Below are positions 24,538 through 38,880 of a stretch of DNA of 64,000 bases, in pieces. Numbering within the stretch: position 1 is the first letter of the stretch; each line of letters opens with the position of its first letter. The stretch is taken from assembly GCA_030141605.1 (NCBI GenBank), contig JAQGDQ010000441.1, forward strand, positions 62,001 through 126,000. Direction: 5' to 3'. Both the position numbers and the translations under genes were made by a program. The DNA is from Tubiluchus corallicola. Its lineage: Eukaryota; Animalia; Priapulida. The notes beneath the pieces were generated by a model that was given only the letters and a program-made list of their open reading frames with translations, was not told the origin of the DNA and searched no databases.

Positions 24538-27500
24538 GAATTAAAAAAAATTGCTAAATGATTCATTAGCTGCAAGATCAGCTCAGCATGTCTGTTGAGT
24601 GATTGTCTGTTTGTTAGATAAAGTGTTATAAGAATTTGTATTAATACACTCCTGTTAAAATTTAGCATTATAAAAGACTTTAAATAGATGTATGCATAAT
24701 AATGACATACCAATCTGCCTACTCACGTGTTTCCTATGGAGAAGCCAATTTTTAGTCATTCTTGTGTTGCGTTAGCCGCAGTATAATTAAAAAAAGTTTG
24801 AGTATAGGGCTGAAATGCATATGTCTATTGAAAGTACAGTCATACCTCAGTTTTCGACCGTAATTCGTTCCTAAAAAGTGTTTGAAAACCGATTTGGTTG
24901 AGAACCGAATCATTTATTTCCATAAGAAATAATGTAAAAGCAAATAATCCGTTCTCAAGCACCAAATGAACTGTAAAGTATTACTAAAATGAAATATAAT
25001 AATGTAAAAATGTTTATTCAAATAGTAGATATGATATAATTGATACCAAGGACATAATAGAATTACTTAGAAAGAAAAACATAATTATTCCTGCATGAAA
25101 AAACCATACGTGTTAGTAGCAGTGTGGTGGTATACGTAGGCAAGAGCAGAAACACGTGTGACTACTCTCGGGCGGGGTCAGTTACGCTCAGCTCTACTCG
25201 GCTCACGGCGCACGTGCTCTTCACGTGTTTGGCGGTTGGTCGAGTACCGAAATTCTGGTCGAGAACGGAGACAATTTCAACTCGAATTTTCTGGTTGAAA
25301 ACCAATTTGTACGAGTACTGAGACGTTCGACAAGAATTTAGTCAGTTAGTATTTTCTTTGACCAACTCTGACTAAACTTTAGTTTTTGGCTAAAAATTAT
25401 ATAATCTAATAATAAGATCATTTAATTGCAGACAAATATGTTTCAGTAACTTCTATTGATTTTGTTGACTCACGAAAACATTAGTTAAGTAAAGTTTGCT
25501 GTGTTAACTTTATCGAAAAACTAACACTTTGTAATCTGGTAATTATAAATTACTAAAATTATTATCAACAATATGGTTGTATGAAAATTATGACTGTGTC
25601 TTTATTTTTTATGATTTTATAGCTGGTTCTTAGAGAGAATGACTTGGTTGCCTTGCCAAAGGAGATTGGAGAGCTTGTTAGATTAAGAGAATTGCACATT
25701 CAGGGAAATCGTTTGACTGTCTTGCCTCCTGAATTAGGTAATTGCTGTTAATCAAGGCAATTGATATTAATAAGCATTGTTGGCAGAACAATGAGCGATG
25801 TTAATAAGCATTGTTGGCAGAACAATTGCTTTAGAACATGTTTAGACATTTTCTTTTATTGTTCTTATCTTAACGGAAAACAGGATGATTTTTCATATAC
25901 TACCCCATTTTCAAATCCAATAAAAAGTATACATTTTAACACAATTAATACAGCAAAACCGTTTCTAATAATTAAATAATACATTAAAAATTTAATTAAC
26001 GGCGGGCGAGCCCAACTATTGATGACACACAAACTAACATAATTTTCAAAAGCGAAAATATTCCAGGAGCGTGTTGCGCGTGTTTGTGAAAGCGAAAATT
26101 GAAGTACAGTGCTACTGTAAACACATCTAGCACATCTGAACTGGGAAGTACAGCACCTGTTTTTTTGTGCAATGCATTTCCGAAATGCGGGCGCTAGTGT
26201 CCGTCCAACCAGCAAATTGCGAAATGCTTGTAGCAGTGAAAAACTAGAAGCGCGAACGTGAAATTATGTTTGTGTGGTAATAATTCTTTCACGTAAGTCA
26301 TTTCTGAAGAAATCGTATGTTTACTTTCAATATTTTAAAGAGTAGATTGTTCTGACCTGCAGTTTAAGATTGGCTCCGGTTTTGCTTTAATTTGTGACAA
26401 ATGTAATGTTTTTAATAAACAAAATTACTTCCTGTAATGCATGTATTCGACGTGAAAAATACTTAGAAAGTGGAATTTTAGTCTAGCACAAGTGAAGATA
26501 AAAGGTGCCCTTCAAACATGTTGCTTGTTAACACTATTGTAAATGTCACTGAAATAGTTGAAGGCTTGAATGAAATACTTTGAATGCACTAATTACTATG
26601 TTGTTATTACTAGGTAATCTAGATTTGGTTGGACACAGGCAGGTGGTAAAGATGGATGACAATCCCTGGGTTCCTCCAATAGCTGATCAGCTGCAAGTGG
26701 GCGTGTCCCATGTGATCGACTATATACGATCTGAAACTTATAAATAGTAAGTTTGCTATTGATAAATCAGCTATCAGAGGCATAGCAAGGTGGGGCTGAT
26801 GGGGGAGGGGGCAATCGTCCCCGGGCGGAAGGATTGAGAGGGTGCAAAATTCTTCAAGAGTTCAATGACTGTTAATTATTAATTACTAATCCGACTTTAA
26901 CGAAACAATTAAAAAAAGGGTTTCAAGCTACAACAAAATTACTTAGCCAGAGGTCACCGTAGCTGACTTAATTACTACATACAGCCTAGAAAAAAAGCTT
27001 AATGTTGTTATTTAATGGTGTGTGTAGGGTGTCGTGTGGCTCAGCAGATCAATAATTTCGGAAGAAACAGTGGCGTTTCTCTAAATGCAGATTGTATTAC
27101 TGCGAAAACCTGTAGTGTTCTGTATCTTTCATAATCTTTGCAGGTTTTAATGCCGGAGCTGAATGTTTAAGGACATTAGTGTTACGTGCAACTAATGCAT
27201 AGAAAAGAGTTACTCTGGGGCAGTAGCGCAAATCTTCTCAGAGTGATTGTTAGAAAAAATTCATTTATCTTTTTCTTCCTGTCACATAGAAAGAAGGAAA
27301 GTCGGGCTCAGGGTTACAAAAAATGTGCACAATTTGTGGCTTCACCAATTAAATAAATGATCAAAACAGTAAAAATGTAGGGCGTCAGAAGTTTTTTACC
27401 CCGGGCACCACCAGCACCTGCTACGCCATTGGTAGCATTGATATTGTAGAGAGAGTTCAAACATACGCTACACGTAAACTCTTTTAGGTGTAGCATAGAT

Positions 27501-28476
27501 TATATCTTGTACTCTGACGGACCAAGTTTTAAGTTGGGTCACCCCACTGTATTTTTTTCATTTATTTTTTCGTCAGCAGGTGTCACCACATTATGCATAA
27601 TACATTGTTACGAGCCTATTTACCTCACTAATATCAACTGAACGAAGAGATTGCATTCAATCTAGCATGCTTTATGCTCGGTCACTTTGAGAAAAGCAAA
27701 CGCATATTTAAATATTGTTTAACAAACTCTGTGAAGTGCTGTTATGGTAAACCAAGTTTTCCAGAAATAAATTACTGTTAAATCTTCCATTCCCGGAGAA
27801 TTTGGAGCAAGATGGATGGCTGAGTGGTCGTGTGCCTTCATGCAAAAAAATGTAGTAACTCCCAACCGGCTTTTATATGGGATGGAGGAGCTGCTAGACA
27901 TAATTGAGCTTTTAGAAATTGATTTTCAAGAATAATATATTTATTTATTATTTATTTGGCACTAAAATCAATATTGACATTTTGAAAGTCCTACTTCATT
28001 TTCTCGGTTGATATGATATAATTTCGCGACCAAATAATATTAATAATAATAATCTTTATTTAAAGTCGGCTTTTGGGTCGTCTATTAACATTAACTCAAA
28101 GAGCAATTATTCTTAGGGTTCCTTAAATGAACAAAACCAGCGATTTATAAAAAAAATTCACAAGATTGAAGAAGACTCGTTGCAGAGTAACCTCTGTTTC
28201 ACATATTTTTATACCCCCTAGCTGCCCTAACCAAATAACCCTCCTTACTTGAACATAATCTGGCATACCTAAGTAATTGTTTATCTCTATAACAGGTTTT
28301 TGTAATAAAGTACTGATCACTATTACATATAACTTACCTCATGTAGGAGACGTCCAAACGCATTTTTTCATATTTGCAGCTTATACGGACGGCACATTGC
28401 AGCAGGAGCGCCACCACCGGAAAAAAGAATCGACAGATCTAAGAAAATCAGTCGAAAAGGCGTTCAGCATGCGTAA
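14071..28476 (+). CDS. RSU1: Ras suppressor protein 1 (LRR protein), complete, 274 aa; exons 14071-14176, 15806-15856, 17284-17351, 19130-19182, 21223-21341, 23394-23476, 25623-25737, 26614-26746, 28380-28476
   Basis: Exons total 825 nt, in frame, all [139 protein letters not shown] are diagnostic RSU1 sequences. Confidence 0.96.
17476..18509 (+). mobile_element. piggyBac-like MITE; inverted copy ~29959-30671
   Basis: TTAA|CTCCTTGAGGAC...GTTCTTGAAGGAG|TTAA; duplicated left end at ~17835. Confidence 0.7.
19217..19938 (+). mobile_element. hAT-like MITE family C; inverted copy 28619-29272
   Basis: CAGGGAAGTTAC...GCAACATCCCTG; TSD GTAAATTT/ATAAATTT; ACCGAAA subterminal repeats. Confidence 0.78.
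20268..20637 (+). mobile_element. MITE family A copy (internally deleted) flanked by a 54-bp duplication
   Basis: Perfect 13-bp TIRs; flanks 20214-20267 and 20638-20691 differ at 2 positions. Confidence 0.88.
21503..21906. mobile_element. Second CAGGG-terminal MITE with 6-bp TSD and GGAAAAGTC subterminal repeats
   Basis: CAGGGTTCT...AGAAACGCTG, TSD TTGTTG on both sides. Confidence 0.7.
21970..22516 (+). mobile_element. 5S rRNA-derived SINE (SINE3), copy 1
   Basis: 5S-like head 21970-22086 (..GAAGTTAAGC..GTACTTGGATGGGTGACCGCCT..CAGGTGCTGTAGGCTT), ~420-bp GC-rich body, (CAA)n tail, 12-bp TSD ATTCTGTTAAAC at 21958-21969 and 22517-22528. Confidence 0.92.
22599..23264 (+). mobile_element. Unclassified TIR element (ATGTGTGCTTGCA); second copy 33756-34399
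   Basis: Two colinear copies with 13-bp TIRs. Confidence 0.75.
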
Positions 28477-30746
28477 TGGAACTGCACATCTAAGCGACAG
28501 ATCAGAAGACTTTATTTTCTCACATACTTGCACAATAGATTTAGTTTCTTGCTAATTTAATCTTCTTATACTTCATGGTATACGTACAGCGCAAGATTCA
28601 ACAGGCATTAAAGGAAATCAGGGATGTTACTATGTTTCGGTTTGCCGATAATTACACTTTCAGCGAAATTTATTAAACTTCGTAGCAGAAATTTCGGTAG
28701 AATTTTTCAGAGGTTTTTTCTACTATTTGTGCAATTTGCCTTTTCTTTTCTCCTAGATGTTGGAAACCGCTGAAAAATCTTAGCCAAATTAGTTCAAATA
28801 AAACGAACCCCAGGCCCAGTCAACCGAAATATCAAGCCATGTTTGAATTTACTTGAGCAAAATCATTTTTAATTTGTGAAATATAGGCAACAAAATATCT
28901 ATAAAATAAAATTTGTTGATTTTTAATGAATCATCGTGATCTTTAACCATTAATCATGAAGGATATTTAAATCCAAAAACATTATAACATATTTCCTAAG
29001 GTAAGTCACTCCATCAAGCTTGAGGTTCTATAGTATAAAACTTCCTTGTGTTTTGTATTCAAATGTTTTACCAGTAATTTTGCATCACAACGAATAAAAG
29101 CAAGCAAACAAAAAAACGAAATATTTTACTACTTTTAGAATTTTCTTTTTTTCAGTTTTAATACTAGTTGGTTTTGCAAAAACGTTTCTGTTCGGTTTCG
29201 TTTTGGTATCGGTTTCCTATGTTTCATAAATTTCGGTTTTGGTTTCTAAATTCAGTTTTGGTAACATCTCTGCAGTAAATGCAACTTAGAGTTAATTTAT
29301 GCATCCCTTTTTATCTACCAAAAAAGATACATGAAATGACAGGGTAGCAATGAGCTTGGTCTTGCTTAATTTGTCTATTTTCTATTTAATGTCAGTCATA
29401 AACATCATGTATGTGAGTATGTCTTATTTTCAGTATGAGTACCCTGAAGTGTTGTTTCACTATACAGAGGCTACTTTCTTAAATTTCTAATGTGTAACAT
29501 AAATCATTAAGTTGGGTTGTGCCAACCCATTAACATTAACATTAGGTTGTGCCTGTACCTTGTTGCAAGAAGCATGCCAAATGCAAAATGTTTTCGTGTA
29601 AAATAAGTCTTACCAAATCCTAATACGACTTTTAACTGTACCTAAGAAAAAACGGCAAAAGTAAATTTTTGTCTTCCTGCCTGTTGCAAATAGAGAAAAT
29701 CAGAAAGAGCTAGGCATTGTTGCAGAAAGTGAGGTGATAAAATCGTTGCATTTAAACTTAAAGTGGCGTGACACAAGAAATTGTTCTGCTAAATGTCAAA
29801 TGATTTCAAGTATGGTAGAGGAAAAGAACCTAGTTATTTAAGTATTTTAAAGGAATTCTTTTAGATGCGTTATTATGGTTGCCAAGATTATTTTTCTTGT
29901 TTGTTATTTTTTAGACGATATTGGTGCTAATTTTAGTGACTAGTGAATCTCTCTCAATTTCTTCAGGACTGCAATGTTCAAAACAGATCTTATAAGATCT
30001 ATGACTTTTCTGCTAATGTATGAGCACAGACATAACTAAATGATTACAAATTAGATACCGTTGTATTCAGAAGGATCTTGGCTATCCAATCATGCTATTT
30101 GTTTAAATATTTATAAGTGATTTAATTGGACGAAATTAAGAAAACTACCCCCTCTTCAAGCACTCCAACTTTGCCTATTGAGTAGCTTAGTCTGGTGTAC
30201 ACTTGCGTGATTGTACACTCCATTTTATTGATTGCCTGCTTACAACAACTCAAGCTGTTCAGTCTTCTGCTGCTATTCCTGGAAAAACCAACCGATCAGC
30301 CAAGGACAAATTAAGGTCGTTTCATCTTTTAAGAGGAATTTTTGTGTAAAAATATAGTAGATTTGAGGCCAAAGTGTATCAGAGTGTTGTTATAATTTAT
30401 GGCATTAGCTGATTTCTTATAAGTGATACCGTACATTGCTACGGTACAAACACTGTAGTTACTGAAAGTTTTTTCAATTTATTCGTCAAAAATCGATTTT
30501 TAATTCGTCTAAGGTAAACAAATGCATTTTATGTATAATTTTGCATGAAAATCCATTGTATGAGGAGTAAAAACCTAAAAAAATATCAAATATAAGGAAA
30601 TCGCTTCTTAATTAGAGCCGTTTTTCATGAATCCATGCAAAATGTAGCAAACGCTTATGGTCCTCAAGGAGTCAAAAAGCTGTAGTTCACTCTTGTATAG
30701 CTGCATTTATAACTATCTAGTTGCATAAATTTCTAATGATGTATTT

Positions 30747-30855
30747 TGTGTGTGTGTGTGTATGTGTGTATGTGCACGTGCATGCGTGCACGTGTATGTG
30801 GTGTGTGTGTGCGTGTAGTGTGTGTGTGTGTGTATGTGTGCGTGTGACTGTGTAT
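30747..30855. repeat. Degenerate (TG)n microsatellite; (TA)n also at ~24499-24536
   Basis: Direct reading. Confidence 0.9.
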
Positions 30856-31033
30856 ATACATGTCTCTTACTAATAGTTTATATTATTATTTATTGAAATC
30901 TAATCGTATTTTGTTAAGGACTCTTTAGATAGTGTGAATGTTTTAAGTTAGCATTAGTTAATTTTATTGTTAATCTGCAATTTATTATTGTTAGTCTATA
31001 GCTCTTCTGCAGAAAAGTTTTACAGCTAATTCA

Positions 31034-31518
31034 AAGAAATCACAGTACAATGGCTACTGGTTATCAGCATTTATCAACGCTTCACTGGGTTTCAGAGCTT
31101 AATTGGACTCTCCACATGGCACCTGAACAGTCAAAATGTTAGATGGCTATTCCCAGTAGTGGCTCATAGGTAAAATTAGCGGGGATATAAAATGTCATAT
31201 TAAAAATATTCAAGAGGAGTGTACGCTAGTTAGAAGATGAAACCGTGTGAAGGCGCCCCCATAATTCTATTAGCCTAGGGGACCCAGAAAGGTCGTAATT
31301 CAACCCACCTGATTGCCTTGTTCGTTGCTTCGCATGGCACCACACAGTATTACCTGCAATGCATGGCTTCCCAGTCAGCATTGGATAAGTATGCAGGCAC
31401 TGTTCAAGCAGTAAAGCCGTCTAACACCTTGGCTGTTGGACAGCACCATGTGGAGGTCCAGTTAAGCCCTGAAACTCACTGAAGCATCGTAACTACTGCT
31501 TTCCACAGTGATTTCCTT
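31034..31518. repeat. Long imperfect inverted repeat (foldback/MITE-like)
   Basis: 31079-31148 is the imperfect reverse complement of 31416-31486. Confidence 0.65.
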
Positions 31519-31808
31519 GTATTGGAATAGTATTTAATTTTTTTTTAGAAATTATGTGTAAAACCAGATTTAATTTTTAATTGTTTTCACATTGTGTGAA
31601 ATTTCACTGTCACAAGTATAACTTCCATGATGCTAACGCAATAATTATTGTATTATTCTCCTATTGGCTAATTATTGCTTATGTGAGTTAATATAAATTA
31701 ATCAACGTATAATAATCTTCACTGCAAACAGCTTCCGATGTATGTTACTGTTGGTAATGATTTAATTTTATAGAAAATTGAAGTACAATAGATAGTAGGT
31801 ACTGGTAT

Positions 31809-32266
31809 CAGGGATGAGAATGACAAATTGCAAAAAACTCTGAAACAGGCCGGGGTTTTGGGGCCACCTAGGCCCCCATTGGGGTTGAAATTGCAATTTT
31901 GTGACCATAGAGAGCCTCTATGTAGACTTAAAATATCAATTACCTTGTTTCATGCATAATTTAGTCAAGGATACATGATACCTAATTGTCTCAAAAACGC
32001 CTAAGTACTGGCCGCTCCTATGCAAAAGTGAGTAAAAACTGTCTGCAATTGACTCAAATAACTCCGCACAATTGATTCTATATTTTTATACATAGAGATA
32101 TACACGTGGTTACACTGATGTACGTGACGGCCTGCCAACTAGCGGTCAGCTTGTGAAATAATGTACAGGGTCCGTAAAAATTTTCTCAACGAATTTACGT
32201 GATTTACAGAAATGGCACCACTGGTCTTCCAAAAACTCGGAATTCCGCGTAAAATTCTCATCCCTG
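31809..32266 (-). mobile_element. MITE family A copy
   Basis: TIRs CAGGGATGAGAAT; TSD TGGTAT. Confidence 0.88.
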
Positions 32267-34572
32267 TGGTATAACAAGTGTCATTATAGACTGTTCTTCA
32301 CATTTGCAATTGTAACATGAAAGTTGAGAAATATTTCTAATAAGATGTTTGAAATGTCACCACGATATTGTTTTGGTTTATATCAGCTTGAGAAAATTGA
32401 TAAGTATTTTACAGATATCACTTTTCAGATCATATCATGTTCTTTATTATCTTTTGTGTTGTTTATGCATGTTTGTGTATAACTCTTAAGTCGTTTAACG
32501 AGCTATAGTGTTAGAGCTTGAGAAACAAATTAATCTGTCTATTGACCTCTGTGCTTCATCAAAGGTGAAAATGATTTAAAAGAAAACCGGATGCAATGCT
32601 AAACTGTAGGTCAAAATAATCTACTTTTCAGAATATTGTACCTCGTTAAACGAAAATTGAAACTACTATTTTTTAAAGAATGGCTTACATAAAACCATTA
32701 TTACCACACATGCACAATTTGACGTTCATGCCACTAGTTCTTTGCTGTTACATGCATTTTGCCATTCACTAGTTAGACGGGCACTAGAGTCTGCATTTCG
32801 GAAACGCATTGCACAAAAACCAGATGCTGTACCTGACAGTTCAGATGTGTTAGTTTGAGATGAACTGCACACATTTGACAGCCGATACGTGAGCACAGCG
32901 GTAAATTTGAAACTTGAATTTTTATGTTAAAACTTGCCTAGTTATAGTACAACACACTGAATATCTTACAGCAGCACTGTACTTCAATTTTCACTTTCGT
33001 AAACACGTGCAACAAGCTCGCTGAATATTTTTGCCATTGAAAATTATGTTAGTTTGTGATGTCATCAATAGTAGGAGCTTGCCGTTAACTTATTATTTAA
33101 TTATGAGAAATACTTTTACAGTATTATTGGTGTTAAAATCTAAACTTTTTATCAGGCTTGGAAATGGCATGGTATACGAAAAATCATCCTGTCTTCTTTT
33201 AAACAAAACACTGCTATAATGGTGCTGGCAAATGAGAGACTGACCTAGTCAAGTTGTCCAAATTCTTTGCAAGTTTTTTTCATAGGTATATGAAACTCTC
33301 ACATGACACCTTGTAGAGCAAATAAATTTATAAAATGTAATGGGAAGTGTAAAATATTTGGTCAAATCAAAACAAGAAGCATGGTCCATGGCAATAGCTG
33401 CATCACGTAAGCCCCAATACCTTATAGAGACCTTGCTAAGGAAATCAAAGTGGGGATCATAGTACGACTGCATTAATGGTGTCCTACTAGCCTTGCTTTG
33501 ACCTAATGTACACAAACAAAGAAAAATGCATATTAACACCAATTATAACATTCAAAACCTCTTTTATGAGAAATCAGTAACAAATGCCATGCATATACAC
33601 AATATACTAGGAGCCAACATTACCGCCAAAATAAACGTTAAACGGTTTGAAGAGCTTGTAGAAGTTGTAGTGCCATCTGACCAGTTTACCGGTAATAATG
33701 ACACTGACAGTTTGGCAAAATTATAGCGTTTATCTGAAAATGCACCCCAGAAATCATGTGTGCTTGCAAACCAAAACCGCCAATAAATCGGCATACTTAA
33801 AACTATGTTATGATTTTTCAAAATAGAATGCACCAAAAATTTGGTCAAATGTCAATTTTTTGTTTTTCACAAAAACAAATGGTGAATATATTGGGCTTTT
33901 ATATTCCAGCATCAAATTGCAAAGAAACTGTTAAAAAAGATACTAATAATCTAATTTTACAACCCCGTACCCACTTTTCTGGCTAGAAACTAGAACTGCA
34001 AGTGTAAAAAACTTGTATTTTTAAACTCCGATAGTGGGTCATGGAAGCAGTCATATTGCTTCGGGTTTTTTCTGTTGACAGGCCGAGATCTTCGTCAGGA
34101 AGAGCCGTCTACTGGATTTAAAGTCTATTGCAAAGTCCATAGCAACCACATTTTCGTACGATTGCCAAGTGTTTTGTAGGGACGCGACAAAAAACAATGG
34201 CTAACTTTAACAGAGATTTTCTCAAGGTTATGTTTTTCAGTGTGTAGCCTCTGCACCTCAACTTCAATGTGGATTATCTCAACTTGGAATTAACACAGAA
34301 TGATGAGCTTGGTATCAAAATTATCCTCGTGAAATGGAGATTGAAGATATGAATAGTTAAAAAGGCTTAATTACCGACTTTTGCTATGCAAGCACACATA
34401 TGATTTTATAAATTTCTGAAATGTATAATAATTCTTTACTGCCATTTTGTGCATCTAGCTTCTAAACAAACACGAAAAGTATAACACCGGAATACTCAAC
34501 TATTCATGTTTAAAGTTCAACTGTAATATTCATCTAGTCATAACTGATTGACGAAACTTAATAATTTGTATT

Positions 34573-36942
34573 TTAGTCGTAAAAGAACCATCTCGTTCTG
34601 TATTTGGCTTCCGGTCGTGGATAGTCTTCCGGTAGCATAGCCGGGACATCGGAGTACGTTTTCACTTTTGGTGGTGGTTTCGAACGTGCACTGTCGTGCA
34701 TATGTGGCCGTGAGAAGAAACCAATGTATGGCCGCTCAATATTCAAATTTTCTAGGACACACTTGTCATACAGTGCTTGACTTTTCCTGCACCTGTAAAA
34801 CATGATAGACATGTTAATTACATAAAAGAGTCAGCCTTTAAGAATAAACATGTTCATTAAGTGCTGACGATTGTTTCAACTAAGCCGTCATTTTCAATGC
34901 TATAACTGAGGCCAAACAGGAATAATTTGTAAGTGCATTTGATACGACAATGTCAAGACATATGATATATTATTCATAATCAAAAAATGAATTCAAATTT
35001 TCAGAATAAGCGTGGATGAAACTAGAAAGAAATTTAAAATGGTTTTCTGTGTTGCGAGCTTTATTGAATCTCGTATATAAGATAATTTTTTACATTTTGA
35101 ATTTCTTTCTAGTTAATATCCAGGTTTGTTCTGACAATTTACATTTGATTTATTTTGCAAACAGTGGCGGCTTGTGTATAGGTACGGTGGAACTGCAGCA
35201 CCCTCTATTATTGATAATATTCACTATAATAAGTCTTTTTTCTTTAGTTCTTTCTTTATACTTGTACGGAACCAGAGCATGTGAGGGTAGTACTGTAGGC
35301 TTCACTGCCCAGAACAATGCGCTTCAGCAATGCAGTGTTTGCTATTGTGCACATACAACTACGCATATGTCTGAGCTCAGGTAAAAAGAATACTGTCGCG
35401 CACGCAGTTTGTAGTCAGTTATCATGTGCTTACCATGAATCGATCAAGCTTGAGCTGCGAAAATTTAGGCTGTCAGTAAGCAAAAAATATTTAGGATTTT
35501 ATAAAGTTTATGTATTTGAGTTATTTTGTTTCTTTATTTGCACCATTAATATACTGTTTCACAAAAATCATGTACTTTTTTTTAATTTACGTGACAAGAA
35601 AACAACACTATTATTGACTCCTTAGTGAATCACGTAGAAATTTTAAGTTAAACCCATTTGCATTTTTAATATCATTGCTAACAAGATACCTCGTTGGATC
35701 TAATTTAGAACTCTTGAATTCAACACATCTCCAATGAGCATCAAATTCGTCAGCGCAATGTTTCTTCAGCTTCCGCAAGAACGACATGCCACAAGCTGTT
35801 AACTCTTTGCCTTCATTGAAACACTTGCGAGGATCCTTCAGCTCATCATTACAAAGCATAAATTCCTGCAAAAATGGTTTCATTTTACGTATAAATCGTT
35901 AATAAAAATAATGAGATTTACGTTAATAAAAATCATACGTTTTTATTTGCTATAACGTAATATAATTTTTAAGGCGATCTTTCTGAAGCCTACTTCAGGT
36001 ACCCCTTTTCTTGTCCTTTAAGTGGACGTCGAAGCCCCCAACTTGTCAGTATTGTATAAGGCTGCAATAAGCTGCGCCGAGCCACTGACACTGGCCCATC
36101 GTGTGTTTGCTACAAGCTCCGCCGAGTGACTGACACTGGCCCACCACGTGTTTCACAAAGTACAGCATATTATCATACAATCACATATTATCAATGCTAT
36201 GCAGTCATAATGGCAAGTGACAAGAAAAACGTGGCTTTTTTATCAACACCAAGAAGCTGGATATTTGCTTGTTTTCTAATAATCATCCAAACAAATCATA
36301 GCAAGAAATTTGCAGTTATGACTTAATCGTTTTTACATAAACATGATTAGTGGAGCAATTTTATAGGTCTGCATTATAGTTTATTATACAATTCTGTAAC
36401 TGACACATTTATTAACCTGTCTGCATTTGATTTGTTCGTGGTAAAATTTAATACACGTTGTTATAATTCCAACTTTTTCTGCTCCCAAAATGGGCAGTAT
36501 AAAGAGGTTTGACCATATTATAAAGTGGGAACCTATTAGTTTTACTTCACAATGGTGCATGAACACAATGATATTATCTTCCGCATCGTGTCGTTATTGC
36601 CACCGTCTATGAGAACAGCAACTCAGTAAAGCTAGTAATTTCTACGAGAATGGGTGATACGGTGGTTTCCCAAGAATAAACTAAGAGCCACTTTTGGCCA
36701 AAATTAGTATTAAGTAGCCAGATACATTTACACTATTTTCATTTATAAATGAAGAAAAGGCACGACGAATAATACTTGTAACTTTTAAAAATGAATTGTA
36801 TGTTTTGTGATACCTTGCTTTGGTCATAACATGCTCTTCCCATGTGAAAAGCAGCCGTCTTAAATGCAGGAGCAGAAAGTGGTATTTCCTCTACTGTTAA
36901 TTCCTCTTCAGTAGGAAGCCACTGTTTGTCAGTGAAACCCAT
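34573..36942 (-). CDS. NDUFA8: NADH dehydrogenase (ubiquinone) 1 alpha subcomplex subunit 8, complete, 174 aa; exons 36942-36814, 35865-35690, 34792-34573
   Basis: 525 nt in frame with GT-AG introns. LPTEEELTVEEIPLSAPAFKTAAFHMGRAC..EFMLC..DPRKCFNEGKELTAC..CADEFDAHWRC..CRKSQALYDKC..ERPYIGFFSRP..RWFF; twin CX9C pattern typical of NDUFA8. Confidence 0.95.
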
Positions 36943-38699
36943 CGTTGTAGGTAATTGTCACTGGTCAATCTCGTAATTCCAGAAAAACATTCAGTTACCT
37001 ATGTGAAGCCCTAAGTCATGAAGTCAAGTTAGGCAGAATAATCATACAAAACAATATGAAAAAACGCTGCAACAAAAGTTTAAAAAAAGATATAGTACAG
37101 TACTTTCTGACATTCAGACTGTCATGACATCTGTTGGCCAGAAATAAATTTAGATAAAAAGTTTTGAACCGATATCACAAATTTATTAATAGTTTTTCTG
37201 TTGCATTTTGTTACCAAAGTGTTCAATCGTCAATATGCTAAAAGGACTTTCATGACTTATTTAGGGAATCTACCACTAAAAGTTAACTTTCGCATGATAA
37301 TTGCTGATTGATATATGATCGGAGATCGGTTATTATAAACATCTGACTTCGAGGAAACCGTGTGTTGAATTGTTAATAAATAAAAATGAACAGTTTTTAG
37401 TAGTTTGCCAATTTATTTAGCCTATCAAAAACTCCATTAGCCTGACGACGAGTTTCTGTTTCTGGATGCCTGTGTCTTATTCAAGTCTGTCAATTTGATG
37501 CAACATTTGCATTTTGCAGCGTCTTAATTCTGCAGGTGTTTGTCTCATTGTTTGTGCTAAGTACTAATTACTAGGCCTAGTACTACTACTACTAGTAGTA
37601 CTTGTCTATTTTGAACTTCATAGTTCACTCTATTAGAATCCAGGTCCCGGTCAATTTTCGCCGAGCGATCACCTGTCCGATATGATTACTTGGCACATTA
37701 GGTCTCAGCATTGCTCGTGAATGCTTGTGGACCGTCAGCGCTTCTATTCCCAGTATGTTTGTGTATATAAATATAGAATTCTGGGAAAATACACATTGTT
37801 ATTTAATTAACAATTGTAGCAATGCTGAAACAGTAAAATTGCTGAATATGACATTGTTCAGTCAAAACGTTAGTTCATTTGACTGAATAAATAAATTGTT
37901 GGCTTAAGTTACCCAAAATTACTTACTATATAATTATTTTAACTAAATTTACTTGTTGTGTGTACGTTCAGTCCACCCCTTGACTAAAATTGAATGTAAA
38001 CAACCTGCAGTGACAGACAACTCACAAGACTCAAAAAATCGTCTGGGCGCATAGCATTGAAAATTAAGTATGAAGAGTTTAAAGATACGTATAATTATAA
38101 AACCTTATTAATATGACGCCTGTGGAAATTAAAATCAGACTTTAACGGGCTTAGTTATTAATAATAATGCGGATGATAATGAAGATGATCAGTGATTGTT
38201 ATGAAGAATTACTTAGTTTATTTCAATGACACTTCTCGAAAATTCTTTACGCTGCTCGTAGCAATTTAATCATGTATTCAAGTAAAATATATTTTATACG
38301 ATCGTATGCATCAAAAACTTGGGTGAAATATCAGTTTTTTTGTTTTTTATAAAAACAAATGCTAAACTGTTTTTTTATTCTCTAATTTTTCATTAAGTTT
38401 TTCCGCCACTCAAACGCTGATCAACCATCGTATCATAAGTGCAGCCCAGTTGGTCATAATGTGCCATTGAAATAGGTGTTCGAGTGGGACCTGCATTCTA
38501 ATAGAGTGCCCTTCATAGAATACGCTTTTGGCTCCTGTTTTTTTTAGCTCCTAGAGCTTTACTGTAGCAGACCTCATTCGAAACATTCCATTCATTTTTC
38601 AGTGATAAGCAAAAACTGACAAGATTTTCCCAATTAATGTTTTTCATAAAAAGATAGTAATATTTCATAATCTTTCACGATAATTTTGGCTTCTTAAAA

Positions 38700-38880
38700 G
38701 CATGACTATTGTGAAACCCTCAGTCTCTCCTTAAAAAGGTTTAAATTTACTGCACTAACCATCGTTTCTGGAAAGCTGTTCCACTTGTTCACTACACGGT
38801 GTGAAAAAAATGAACTTTTACAATATAGCCAACTTTTCTTAGTTCTTTGTTCTTAGTAGTGTGATTATGGTATCTTTGTG
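38700..38880 (-). mobile_element. CR1-type LINE C-terminal fragment (a similar fragment lies at ~14330-14440)
   Basis: Minus translation FFSHRVVNKWNSFPETMVSAVNLNLFKERL resembles the CR1 ORF2 end motif. Confidence 0.65.
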
